Source of the DNA: an uncultured Candidatus Saccharibacteria bacterium
Lineage (GTDB): Bacteria; Patescibacteriota; WWE3; UBA101185; UBA10185
Direction of reading: 5' to 3'
DNA length: 63,946 nucleotides
Assembly (NCBI GenBank): GCA_964510435.1
Contig: CAZEBU010000003.1
Span: forward strand, 1-63,946
In this document: in pieces, positions 33,401-42,746 of the stretch
Numbering within the stretch: position 1 is the stretch's first letter
How the letters are laid out: each line of letters begins with the position of its first letter
The notes under the pieces: generated by a model
What the model saw: the letters and a program-made list of their open reading frames with translations, nothing else
Told to the model about the DNA's origin: nothing
Databases searched by the model: none
Made by a program: the position numbers and the translations under genes

Positions 33401-33934
33401 ATGTACTGGTACAAAAACATGCCCGAAAGTCATGCCTACGAAGACTACCAGAAAAGTAGGTCAGGAACAGGTTACATTAGAAGAGCATTTGTCCGTTATT
33501 TTCTTCTAATGCTGGTTTTGGGGGTAGTATTTATTATTTTTAGTGGTATCAGTTACGTGGACGTCCCAAATCAATGTTTCATTAAAATAAAATACGATGT
33601 TATCAAAGGCGACAAGGGCAGTATTGTGGAGGGCCTAAAGGTGATCAAGGAAGAAGATTTTGTTTTGTATAAAAATATTTGCCGGCACATTGACACTATA
33701 TACGAAAAAAGGTGTATTCGTGGCGAAGATGATAAGCCTGATGTGCGTTTCTTAAGTTCGGGGGGTTGTTATATTAAGGGTTCCGGTGCCATTTTGATCA
33801 ATCCCGTTAAAGGCGGAACTAGGGGCGCGGTAGATATCAGAGTGGAAGCCATTTCAAAATATGCACAGATGGCTATTGACTACATAATTTTTGGTGATGA
33901 ATCCGGTAGGGATACTACCGGAATCAGTAAATAG
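33401..33934 (+). CDS. hypothetical membrane-anchored protein, degenerate paralog of 33924-34364
   Basis: Shares the Y+K.C..I.TI and GGCY..G.I.I pattern with its neighbour but lacks HExxH. Confidence 0.45.
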   Translation: MYWYKNMPESHAYEDYQKSRSGTGYIRRAFVRYFLLMLVLGVVFIIFSGISYVDVPNQCFIKIKYDVIKGDKGSIVEGLKVIKEEDFVLYKNICRHIDTIYEKRCIRGEDDKPDVRFLSSGGCYIKGSGAILINPVKGGTRGAVDIRVEAISKYAQMAIDYIIFGDESGRDTTGISK

Positions 33935-34364
33935 TTATTTCTTGCAAAAAGTTATTTCCGGCGGTATAACACTCACTTTCTCCTAAAGTTCGGTTTTCAT
34001 AAGCTTGTATAGCATGGCAGGTTTCGTGAACTAAAAGTGCGGCTGCGAGTGCTATGTTTCCTTGATCGTTACCTATATATATTGTTCCCGGACGTTCTAG
34101 TTCATAGCATCCCCCATCGAACCCACCGCAGCTGGGATTTTTATTGATCGTATTTACGTATTGGCATAATTTTTTGTATTCTTCTTCAGACCCGCTTTTG
34201 ACAATTTTAATAATTTTCTTAGTGTCAAAGTTACTAGGCATAAAATTTGGAATTACTTTAATGGAGCAATTGTAGTCAGGATCTAGGTAAACAAACTTAG
34301 AATACACATAAATACCCAACAAGACGAAAATGAGCAGGATCTTGAGATACTTTTTCATATACAT
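33924..34364 (-). CDS. putative zinc metallopeptidase-like protein (HExxH), membrane anchored
   Basis: LLVHETCHAIQ motif and an N-terminal TM helix. Confidence 0.5.
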   Translation of the reverse strand: MYMKKYLKILLIFVLLGIYVYSKFVYLDPDYNCSIKVIPNFMPSNFDTKKIIKIVKSGSEEEYKKLCQYVNTINKNPSCGGFDGGCYELERPGTIYIGNDQGNIALAAALLVHETCHAIQAYENRTLGESECYTAGNNFLQEITIY

Positions 34365-34461
34365 TTTAATTATATCTTAATGGCTATATCTTATATATCT
34401 CACTTTGTTTGATGTAGTGAACAAGTCATTATGGAGTATAATTTGTTGGGAATTTACGAGT

Positions 34462-35625
34462 ATGACAAAAAACGAACCTTTAGCCTCAATTATTAGGCCA
34501 AAAGATCTAAAAGGTTTTATTGGCCAGGAACACTTAGTAGGTAAAAATAAGCCCATTAAAACAGCCATGGAAAATAATCACCTATTTTCCATGATTTTCT
34601 GGGGGCCTCCGGGTGTAGGTAAGACCACTTTGGCAAAGATCTATGCTTCAATGATGAGGGCTGATCTTATAGAACTGTCTGCTGTTTCTGCCGGTAAAGC
34701 TGATGTGAAAAAGGTTATCGAAGGATCTTATCAGTCTAATAAACCCACGGTGATGTTTTTGGATGAAATTCACAGATTTAACAAAGTACAGCAGGATTTC
34801 TTACTGCCTTATGTTGAAAAAGGGGTAATTACTCTTGTTGGGGCTACTACGGAAAATCCCAGCTTTGAGATTATTCCTCCGCTGCTTTCCAGATGCAGAA
34901 TATTCATCTTAAATGATCTAAACGAAGAAGAAATGCTACTTATTATTGATCGAGCCCTAAAAAAGCTTTCAAAAAAAGAAAGTGTCATCAAATTAGACGA
35001 TGATACCAAACATTGGTTGATCAATTTTGCCAATGGAGACGCTAGACTAGCTATTACTATTTTGGAAAGTACTCATAAGCTTTATAAAAAGATAACTCTG
35101 GAGAGCCTCAAGAATACATTGCAATCTAAGCACTTAAGGTACGATAAAAAGGGTGAAGAGCATTACAACACTATTTCTGCCTTCATAAAGTCCATGCGAG
35201 TTGGAGATGCAGATGCTGCTATTTATTATTTGGCACGAATGGTGGAGGCTGGAGAAGATCCTTTGTTTATAGCACGCAGAATGGTGATTTTTGCTTCTGA
35301 GGACGTGGGTTTGGCTTCTCCCTCAGCATTAGTAGTAGCCAACGAAGTTTTTGAAGCTTGTCGTAATATAGGATATCCGGAATGTGCTATAAACTTGGCG
35401 CACGGTGTGGCATTTTTGTCTCAAAGCAAAAAGAATAGGAAAGCATATCAGGCTCTGAGAAAAGCTCAGGATGATGTCAGAAAACATGGCAATCTTCCCA
35501 TACCTTTAAAGCTTAGAAATCCCGTTACTAAGCTAAATAAGGATATAGGCTATGGGCGCGGATATGAAAAATATGACAAAGACAGCCTTCTCCCCGACGA
35601 GTTAAAAAAGAAGAAGTACCTATAG
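34462..35625 (+). CDS. rarA: replication-associated recombination protein A (AAA+ ATPase)
   Basis: GPPGVGKTT, FLDEIHRFNK, LVGATTENPSFE, LSRCRIF and a MgsA C-terminal domain. The start was trimmed to MTKNEPLA. Confidence 0.9.
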   Translation: MTKNEPLASIIRPKDLKGFIGQEHLVGKNKPIKTAMENNHLFSMIFWGPPGVGKTTLAKIYASMMRADLIELSAVSAGKADVKKVIEGSYQSNKPTVMFLDEIHRFNKVQQDFLLPYVEKGVITLVGATTENPSFEIIPPLLSRCRIFILNDLNEEEMLLIIDRALKKLSKKESVIKLDDDTKHWLINFANGDARLAITILESTHKLYKKITLESLKNTLQSKHLRYDKKGEEHYNTISAFIKSMRVGDADAAIYYLARMVEAGEDPLFIARRMVIFASEDVGLASPSALVVANEVFEACRNIGYPECAINLAHGVAFLSQSKKNRKAYQALRKAQDDVRKHGNLPIPLKLRNPVTKLNKDIGYGRGYEKYDKDSLLPDELKKKKYL

Positions 35626-35760
35626 TATTTACAAAATAGTGAATTGAGGATATAATACCGGAGATGATTCGAAAGAATTGTCCACCCGTGCAAATTTCCG
35701 CGGGTGTACGGCAAGTCACCCCGGAATTGTTCGCAAGAACAAAAAAAGGAGGTGAGTGAC

Positions 35761-35898
35761 TTGTTGTTAAGCAATGCATTAATACGATCACTAATCATAG
35801 CCATTGTGGTTGTGGTTGCGTTTATCGCGGCCACGTTCTCTACAATTGCTGCCTCCTCTAAAAAGGAAACCTCAACAAGCACTCACGTCTACGAGTGA
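35761..35898 (+). CDS. small single-TM peptide (45 aa, TTG start)
   Basis: GGAGGTG RBS 7 nt upstream. Hydrophobic core LIIAIVVVVAFIAATF. Confidence 0.35.
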   Translation: MLLSNALIRSLIIAIVVVVAFIAATFSTIAASSKKETSTSTHVYE

Positions 35899-36135
35899 AT
35901 CTGCTTTAGCTAGGGTTGAGTAAAAGGGTGAGGAGGGAGTCTTACGACTCGGTGATTTTAGATCTTTAAGCTTAAAAAATCTTAATTTTTTTGAAAACGC
36001 AGAGTATCAATTTTTTAATTGGATCAAGTACCTGCGTAAAAGAAACTTTAAGAAACAAGAGAGTGAGCAATCATTTTTTATCATTTTTGATACTTGTTAA
36101 GCGAGAGATCGCAAAAAGGGTTGGATACCTAGCGT

Positions 36136-36675
36136 CTAACCCTTTTTTTGTGTTTTATAAAGGTGCACGTTATTTATGGATCTTACGTGTTTTAGATTTT
36201 TAAAGGTGAATTTATTGGAGATCACTACCGAGCCTTTATCAGCTTCTTGAAGTAATTTACTTTCTACTTTTGGCATCATGCCTTTTATTCCGTAAATGAT
36301 GAAAACATTGAAAGACGAAAAATCACCTTTTAGAAAATCTTTTTCTTCGATAGTTACCAAATTTTCCAAACCAAGTAGGCGAACTTTTAACCTACTAAAC
36401 CAAACCAAAAAAGGATCTATTTCATAACCGTGTGATTTTACATTTTTCTTGGCTAATTTTGTGAGAATTCTGGCGTCACCGCTTCCTAAATCGACTACTC
36501 TATCGTTGTCTTTAAATTTGTATATGTCTAGCATGCTTTTTAGAGCTTTTTTGTTTGATGGCAAGAACGGTGCTCTGTTGAAAAAGAAATTGAGTAAATC
36601 AACAAACAGTGTGAAAACAATAATAGTTACAATAAAAAAGATGATCAGGGACAAGATTATTTTTAATAAAAACAT
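36136..36675 (-). CDS. class I SAM-dependent methyltransferase with N-terminal TM helix
   Basis: Motif I VVDLGSGDARIL. Confidence 0.65.
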   Translation of the reverse strand: MFLLKIILSLIIFFIVTIIVFTLFVDLLNFFFNRAPFLPSNKKALKSMLDIYKFKDNDRVVDLGSGDARILTKLAKKNVKSHGYEIDPFLVWFSRLKVRLLGLENLVTIEEKDFLKGDFSSFNVFIIYGIKGMMPKVESKLLQEADKGSVVISNKFTFKNLKHVRSINNVHLYKTQKKG

Positions 36676-36687
36676 GGCTAACTTATT

Positions 36688-37224
36688 TTATAAGGAAATA
36701 TCCGGAATTTCTGCCCCGTACCAATCGCAGATATCAATTCCCGTGGTAGTGGCTTTTTCTTCTACCAAAAACCGTATAATGGTGTGATCAGTGCATTCTA
36801 CTTTGAGTCCACAACTAACCGCCTCGGTATAGGCCCCTCCGTTTTCCTGCATACCTCTAACGTAAGCAAAAGCAATATATTCTCCTAGCGGTACGTTCTC
36901 CAAAGTGTATTTAGACTGATTCAGTTCGCTGGAAATGACTACATCATCCCTAGTTTCCGTGTTTATAAAATGTAGGTTTAACGGAGGTATGCTTTCGGAT
37001 GGATAGCAAATATCTCCTGTTATAGAACCCTTAGGCATGTCAGCACCAAATATACTATTTTGGCTGGGTGAAGATTCTGCTACCTCTTCTACCCCTTTTT
37101 CTTTATTGCTGTTACCGTTGACCAGAGGGCTTTTAGATTTTTTTAGTCCACTATTAAATAGTAAGCTCACCGCGATAAGGGTTGTTATGACAAGGATCAA
37201 TATTTTTACCGTCTGTTTTTGCAT
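36688..37224 (-). CDS. hypothetical membrane-anchored/secreted protein
   Basis: The start was trimmed to MQKQTVKILILV (signal/anchor helix). Confidence 0.45.
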   Translation of the reverse strand: MQKQTVKILILVITTLIAVSLLFNSGLKKSKSPLVNGNSNKEKGVEEVAESSPSQNSIFGADMPKGSITGDICYPSESIPPLNLHFINTETRDDVVISSELNQSKYTLENVPLGEYIAFAYVRGMQENGGAYTEAVSCGLKVECTDHTIIRFLVEEKATTTGIDICDWYGAEIPDISL

Positions 37225-37277
37225 GGGTGTATTATAGCAAGATAGCAATAATAATTATAGCATTATTGGTATGTAAA

Positions 37278-38420
37278 TTATTTTTTAACAGCCCAGGGGA
37301 GTTTTTGCTTCACAGCAGATTTGGTGTATATATCTATATGTTCACTGCAAATATCATGCATGTCTATGCTTTTGGGATCTTTTTCTTTTCTTTGCGAATA
37401 TTCCTTAAACCAATCGACTACCTCTCCTAATGTATCATGGTGGTCATAAACGGGTTGCCAGCCTAAATAAGCTTTAGCTGCTACCCAATCCAACATGAGG
37501 AGATTGGATTCCAGTTTTTGTTCCTCCTCTTTGCCAACGTTTTCCCAGTTACCTTCACCCCAAAGATCTACTAAAATGTCAGCAATTTCACCAACAGGAA
37601 CACCATGAATAGCTTTTGGTCCGAAGTTCCAGGCTCTGTCATATCCTCCATTGGGATCTTTTAGCAACTTTGCCCCTAGCCAAAGATATCCGCTTAGGGG
37701 CTCTAATACTAATTGCCAAGGTCTGGTACTTTGGGGATTTCTAATTTCTATAGTTTTATTGGTCATAAGTGCTTTGACACAATCGGGAACCAACCTAAAA
37801 TCAGCAAAATCCCCTCCCCCAACGACGTTTCCGGCTCTGGTGGAAGCTACAGAAACCCTTCTATCTCCTAAACTGCCCTCTAAAAAGAAAGAGGTTCTAT
37901 AGGAGTCAATGGCTAGTTCAGCCATGGCTTTACTGGCTCCGTAAGGATCAGTATCACCTAAAGTGTCTGATTCACGGTAGCCCCAGACCCACTCCTTGTT
38001 TTTATAAACCTTATCAGTAGTAATGCTCACTAAAGCTTTGATGGACTCAATGTTTCGAATAGATTCTAAAATATTGACCGTACCGCCTGCGTTTGTATCA
38101 AAGGTTAATTTTGGTTCCTCATAAGCCCTAAGAATGATCGGCTGCGCTGCTAGATGAAAAATGATCTCCGGTTTGTACTTGTTGATGGTTTTAAAAAGAT
38201 GGTCATAATCTCTGATATCACCTCTGATATCGGTGAGCTTGTTTTCCATGTGGCAGAGTTCGTAGTTTGATGGTTCTGTAGGGGGTTCTTCCAGACTGTA
38301 ACCGATCACTTTTGCACCTAATTTTTCGAGCCAGACACTTAGCCAAGAGCCTTTGAAACCGGTGTGTCCGGTGACAAAAACAGTTTTATTATTATAGATA
38401 CCATCAAAGTTTTTTTTCAT
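37278..38420 (-). CDS. rfbG: CDP-glucose 4,6-dehydratase
   Basis: VFVTGHTGFKGSWLSVWLEKLGAKVIGYSL and YGASKAMAE (SDR YxxxK). Confidence 0.85.
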   Translation of the reverse strand: MKKNFDGIYNNKTVFVTGHTGFKGSWLSVWLEKLGAKVIGYSLEEPPTEPSNYELCHMENKLTDIRGDIRDYDHLFKTINKYKPEIIFHLAAQPIILRAYEEPKLTFDTNAGGTVNILESIRNIESIKALVSITTDKVYKNKEWVWGYRESDTLGDTDPYGASKAMAELAIDSYRTSFFLEGSLGDRRVSVASTRAGNVVGGGDFADFRLVPDCVKALMTNKTIEIRNPQSTRPWQLVLEPLSGYLWLGAKLLKDPNGGYDRAWNFGPKAIHGVPVGEIADILVDLWGEGNWENVGKEEEQKLESNLLMLDWVAAKAYLGWQPVYDHHDTLGEVVDWFKEYSQRKEKDPKSIDMHDICSEHIDIYTKSAVKQKLPWAVKK

Positions 38421-38526
38421 ACGTTTCCTCCTACAGATTTGATATTACGTTAATCTATTTGTGATTTCAACTTTCCAGCAATAGTTGGAGTTTATAAACA
38501 AACTCTCCTATGCTAATATAATTTCC

Positions 38527-39321
38527 ATGAAAACAGTTATACTATGCGGTGGAAAGGGTATGCGGCTGCACGAAGAAACCGAGTTTAAACCAAAGCCTAT
38601 GGTTAAAATTGGCGGTGTCCCTATACTGCAGCACATTATGAATATCTACGCCTTTTACGGTCATCGGGATTTTATCTTGGCGCTTGGTTACAAGGGGGAT
38701 GTGATCAAGGATTACTTTCTCACCCTTTCCAGAAATACCGACGATATACTTTTTGATATGAAAACAGGTCAAACCAAACAATTGACTAATAAATCCCAAC
38801 AGTTGGATTATAAGATCACTTTTGCAGAAACCGGACTTAATACTCTTTCGGCAGGCCGAGTAAGAGAAGTTTTAAAGTACATTGACGACGATCATTTTAT
38901 GGTGACCTATGGAGACGGTGTAAGTACCATAAATATTAACAAACTGATCGATTTCCACATGGAGCAAGAGAAAAAGCATGGCACCGTGGCCACTATTACT
39001 ACCGTGCATCCATCGTCAAAGTTTGGCAGGATCACCTATGATGATAAGGGTGTGGTGACCACCTTCGAAGAAAAAGAGCCACTCATGAACGACTACATAA
39101 ATGGAGGATTTCATGTCTACAGTAAGGAGGCCATGAAGTACTTGGAGCCCGAGGAAATGCTGGAAGATAGTTTGATAAAAATCACCGATGATAAGAAACT
39201 TTCTATGTACAAGCATGATGGATTTTGGCAGTGTATGGATACTATGAAGCACTATGTCAATTTAAACGAACTATGGGACGACAACAGGCCTTGGGCAGTT
39301 TGGGAAAAGAGTGTGCAATGA
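38527..39321 (+). CDS. rfbF: glucose-1-phosphate cytidylyltransferase
   Basis: MKTVILCGGKGMRLHEETEFKPKPMVKIGGVPILQHIM. Confidence 0.88.
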   Translation: MKTVILCGGKGMRLHEETEFKPKPMVKIGGVPILQHIMNIYAFYGHRDFILALGYKGDVIKDYFLTLSRNTDDILFDMKTGQTKQLTNKSQQLDYKITFAETGLNTLSAGRVREVLKYIDDDHFMVTYGDGVSTININKLIDFHMEQEKKHGTVATITTVHPSSKFGRITYDDKGVVTTFEEKEPLMNDYINGGFHVYSKEAMKYLEPEEMLEDSLIKITDDKKLSMYKHDGFWQCMDTMKHYVNLNELWDDNRPWAVWEKSVQ

Positions 39322-39878
39322 TATTTACCGAAACAAAAATTCCGGGTGCGTATAAGATAGACCTTGATAGAAAAGGTGATGGCCGGGGGTTTTTTGCCAG
39401 ATTTTTTTGTGTCAACGAATATAAAGAACACGGACTTAACCACGATATTGTGCAGATAAATAATTCCTTTACCGGTGATGAACATACCCTGAGAGGTTTG
39501 CATTACCAAATACCTCCCAAAGCAGAGACAAGAATTGTCAGGTGTTTAAAAGGCGCCCTATATGATATGGTATTGGATTTGCGGACTAATTCTCCTACCT
39601 TTAAACAATCAGTAGGTACGGAGTTGACAGCAGAAAATAGAACTATGATGTATATTCCTCCCGGCTGCGCACACGGGTTTTTTACCTTAGAGGACGATAC
39701 GGAAATGTTGTATTTGGTCACGGAATTCTATTCACCTGAGAATGAGAGGGTCATTAGATGGGATGACCCCGAATTTAGCATGCGGTGGCCGTTTAAGCCC
39801 GAGCATTTATCAAAAAAAGATGCCGAGGCAGGAGATTTCGATCCTGAGTACCATTTAGAAAATATGGAAAACCTTTAA
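39318..39878 (+). CDS. RmlC-like cupin sugar-nucleotide 3,5-epimerase
   Basis: IPGAYKI..GDGRGFF..LRGLHYQ. ATGA overlap with rfbF. Confidence 0.8.
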   Translation: MIFTETKIPGAYKIDLDRKGDGRGFFARFFCVNEYKEHGLNHDIVQINNSFTGDEHTLRGLHYQIPPKAETRIVRCLKGALYDMVLDLRTNSPTFKQSVGTELTAENRTMMYIPPGCAHGFFTLEDDTEMLYLVTEFYSPENERVIRWDDPEFSMRWPFKPEHLSKKDAEAGDFDPEYHLENMENL

Positions 39879-39879
39879 G

Positions 39880-40812
39880 ATGAAAATATTATTTACAGGC
39901 GCTAGCTCACATACCGGTTATTGGTTTGTCAAAGAGCTCGTTGCCCAGGGGCATGAGGTTACTGCGACCTTTACTAAGAATTTTGGGGAGTACGAGGGTA
40001 TTAGAAAACGTCGTGTTATGGAGCTGCAAAATATCTGCAAGCCTCTTAATGTAGTTTCTTTTGGTGACAAGAATTTCTTAAAAGCTATAAAAAAGGAAAA
40101 ATGGGATTTGTTATGCCACCATGGAGCAGAGCTTGGTGACTATAGATCTGATGACTATAATGTTGGTAAAACTCTGAGCAATAATACTCTTAATGTAAAT
40201 AAAGTGCTAAACGAACTAAAAGAATCAGGATGTGGTCATGTTTTGTTGACAGGAACCGTTTTTGAACCAAATGAGGGTGCGGGGACTAAACCTTTAAAAC
40301 CAATCTATCTTTATGGTCTAGCAAAACACTTTACCTGGGAGGTATTTAAGTATCTTGCCGAATTAAAAGGTATGGTGTTAGGCAAGTATGTTATGCCAAA
40401 TACCTTTGGTCCCATGGAAGACCACAAATTTACTGGTTATTTAATTAAAACTTGGTATAACAAGGAAATACCCACCATTTTAACACCCGATTATGTAAGA
40501 GATAACATTCATGTCTCTCTTTCGAGTAAAGTATATGTAGAATTTGCCGAGAAATTGGTGAAAAAAGATAGGAACGTGAAGATTAGTCCCAGCCAATACT
40601 CAGGCAAGCAAGGCGAGTTCGCTAAGATTTTTGCTCAAGAAATGGAACCAAGATTAAATATCCCCTGCCCACTAAATTTTAATGATCAAAAATTATTTCC
40701 CGAGCCAAGAGAAAGAGTGAACACAGATAAGATCGATCCTGCAAAATACCATTGGGACAAAGAAAAGGCTTGGTCTGATATTGCAAATTTCTACATTAAA
40801 GAGTACATTTAA
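39880..40812 (+). CDS. NAD-dependent epimerase/dehydratase family (probable 4-reductase)
   Basis: MKILFTGASSHTGYW Rossmann start. It sits in the sugar operon. Confidence 0.65.
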   Translation: MKILFTGASSHTGYWFVKELVAQGHEVTATFTKNFGEYEGIRKRRVMELQNICKPLNVVSFGDKNFLKAIKKEKWDLLCHHGAELGDYRSDDYNVGKTLSNNTLNVNKVLNELKESGCGHVLLTGTVFEPNEGAGTKPLKPIYLYGLAKHFTWEVFKYLAELKGMVLGKYVMPNTFGPMEDHKFTGYLIKTWYNKEIPTILTPDYVRDNIHVSLSSKVYVEFAEKLVKKDRNVKISPSQYSGKQGEFAKIFAQEMEPRLNIPCPLNFNDQKLFPEPRERVNTDKIDPAKYHWDKEKAWSDIANFYIKEYI

Positions 40813-40815
40813 CTT

Positions 40816-41793
40816 ATGACATCTCATGAACATAAAAAGGATCACCCCACTGTAGGAGTAGCTATCATTACCTATTGGGATAAAAAACACTTGAAGCATT
40901 GCATACCGCCGTTGTTGAATTCACCTTTAAAGCCAAGAGTTTTAGTTTTAAATTCGAGTTCAAACGACGGAACTGTTGAAGAGGCTGAAAGACTAGGCGC
41001 AGAAACATTAGTCATTCCCAGGGCTAGGATGAATCACGGCTTGGCCAGAGAAATGTGTCGAAATCACTTGGGTACCGACATAGTGGTTAATATGACCCCG
41101 GACGCTTACATGGAAGATGAACACATGTTGGAGGTGCTGGTCAGACCGATTGCGGAAGGAAGAGCTTCTATTGCCTATGCCAGACAACTTCCTCATAAAG
41201 AAGCCAGTTTAATAGCCAAGTTTTCCAGGGATTTTAACTACCCTCCTGAGGGGCATATTAGAGGCATCGAGGATGCAGAAAAATATGGTTCTTACATTAA
41301 TTTTTGTTCTGATGCTTGTGCAGCTTGGTCTAATAAGGCTTTAGGAGAAATTGGCGGATTCAGGTGGGTCTTGGCTGGCGAGGATGCAATTGCTACCGCC
41401 ATGTTGCTTAAGAAAGGTCATAAAATAGCTTATGTGGCGGAGGCGCGTGTTTACCATTCGCACAATTATGGTCCTAAAAAAGAATTTGTGAGGCATTTTG
41501 ACACGGGAATTTATCGAAGAAAATGGGGCAAAGTGTTGGATTTTGGCGTGGATGGAGATCAAGGTAGAGGTGTAAAGTATGCTAAGGGACTGTTGAAGAC
41601 ATTTTTAAAGGAGAAACCTCTTAAGACACCGTTAGTCTTTTGGCAGTTAGGTATGGGATATACAGGATATTTATTGGGAAGATTCGCTTATATGTATGTT
41701 CCCAATGAGATAAAGAAAATAATCAGCCACTCCGAGTTTTTTTGGAAGTCTGATGACTTCAAAGCCGGTAGATGGGAAGGTCCCGCGGAATAG
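40816..41793 (+). CDS. family 2 glycosyltransferase
   Basis: VGVAIITYW..NSSSNDGT and a DxD-like GEDA. Confidence 0.6.
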   Translation: MTSHEHKKDHPTVGVAIITYWDKKHLKHCIPPLLNSPLKPRVLVLNSSSNDGTVEEAERLGAETLVIPRARMNHGLAREMCRNHLGTDIVVNMTPDAYMEDEHMLEVLVRPIAEGRASIAYARQLPHKEASLIAKFSRDFNYPPEGHIRGIEDAEKYGSYINFCSDACAAWSNKALGEIGGFRWVLAGEDAIATAMLLKKGHKIAYVAEARVYHSHNYGPKKEFVRHFDTGIYRRKWGKVLDFGVDGDQGRGVKYAKGLLKTFLKEKPLKTPLVFWQLGMGYTGYLLGRFAYMYVPNEIKKIISHSEFFWKSDDFKAGRWEGPAE

Positions 41794-41804
41794 AAAACTA
41801 AATT

Positions 41805-42461
41805 TTATAGAATTGGCCACGCTGTCATAGCGTATTGTACTCTACCTACTTGGTGATCGATAAAATCTTCTCGCTTGGTAAGTTCGTTAGTGGGAATCCA
41901 GGAGACTTCCTTGGTGAACTTATCCTGATAGTCTGTTACATCAACCAGGTAGATGAAAACAGATTCACCCCCTCTGATGGTGAGGTTGTGATAAGGTCCC
42001 ACGAACTGGACCTCATTTATCAGGTTTAGACAATCTTCTTCAGGTAGACCTAGCTCTCTTTGGAAGATCCTCAGCATTACTGAGTGTTCGGTGCTTAGAT
42101 TCCACCAGGATGGTAACTCTTCCTTTACCCTGTTAATGAGTTCTTCGGGAAAGAAGTCAAGAATCTCCTGTGGAGCGTCCTTGTTGATGTAGTTGAGAAG
42201 CATGTGTGCACTGCCTATGCTGTGCAACATACCTTCCCAGGCATCGTCGTCTTCGCGTACTGTGACCAGAAGCTCTGGACCATCATCTGTACCTCGAACG
42301 CAAACCGTTTCCGTGCACGGGGCGGGCATTGGTAGTGTTAGCTTCTGGGTGATCTCATGATCCTGTGGGCCTGCACCCTCCTTCATCCATTCGTTAACAT
42401 ATTCAATAACATATTTGCCAAGCTCTTTTGATGATAGCTTAGATACTTTTTCATCGCTCAT
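41805..42461 (-). CDS. hypothetical protein (218 aa), locally higher GC
   Basis: ORF only. Confidence 0.5.
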   Translation of the reverse strand: MSDEKVSKLSSKELGKYVIEYVNEWMKEGAGPQDHEITQKLTLPMPAPCTETVCVRGTDDGPELLVTVREDDDAWEGMLHSIGSAHMLLNYINKDAPQEILDFFPEELINRVKEELPSWWNLSTEHSVMLRIFQRELGLPEEDCLNLINEVQFVGPYHNLTIRGGESVFIYLVDVTDYQDKFTKEVSWIPTNELTKREDFIDHQVGRVQYAMTAWPIL

Positions 42462-42529
42462 ACTGATATATTATATTACAGGTTCTTGCTATAAGAAATT
42501 TACTTTTTACAATAATATATAATGATTAT

Positions 42530-42733
42530 ATGGATATAAGTATATTCTCAAACCCTTACGTGATTTTAGCCATAACCCTTTGGGAATTGGTGTGGAAAGG
42601 CATAGCTCTTTGGCACGCTGCTAAAAGGGACGAAAAGAAGATCTATATTTTACTACTTGTTTTAAATACCATAGGAATCTTCCCAATTGGCTATCTGGTA
42701 TATATTAAATGGATTGAGAAGAAGAAAAAGTAG
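42530..42733 (+). CDS. DUF5652-family small membrane protein
   Basis: WELVWKGIALWHAAKRDEKK..LNTIGIFPIGYL. Confidence 0.65.
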   Translation: MDISIFSNPYVILAITLWELVWKGIALWHAAKRDEKKIYILLLVLNTIGIFPIGYLVYIKWIEKKKK

Positions 42734-42746
42734 CAAGTTATTAAAA

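Noticed and set aside
35900-36135. Possible structured ncRNA (RNase P, SRP or tmRNA) in the 240-nt gap after the small TM ORF; ORF 35991-36203 is predicted there.
   Set aside because: None of the conserved core sequences of these RNAs was visible. The only clear feature is a weak bidirectional terminator-like hairpin (GGGTT…AACCC with flanking A/T runs) near 36113-36150. The ORF has no RBS or motif.
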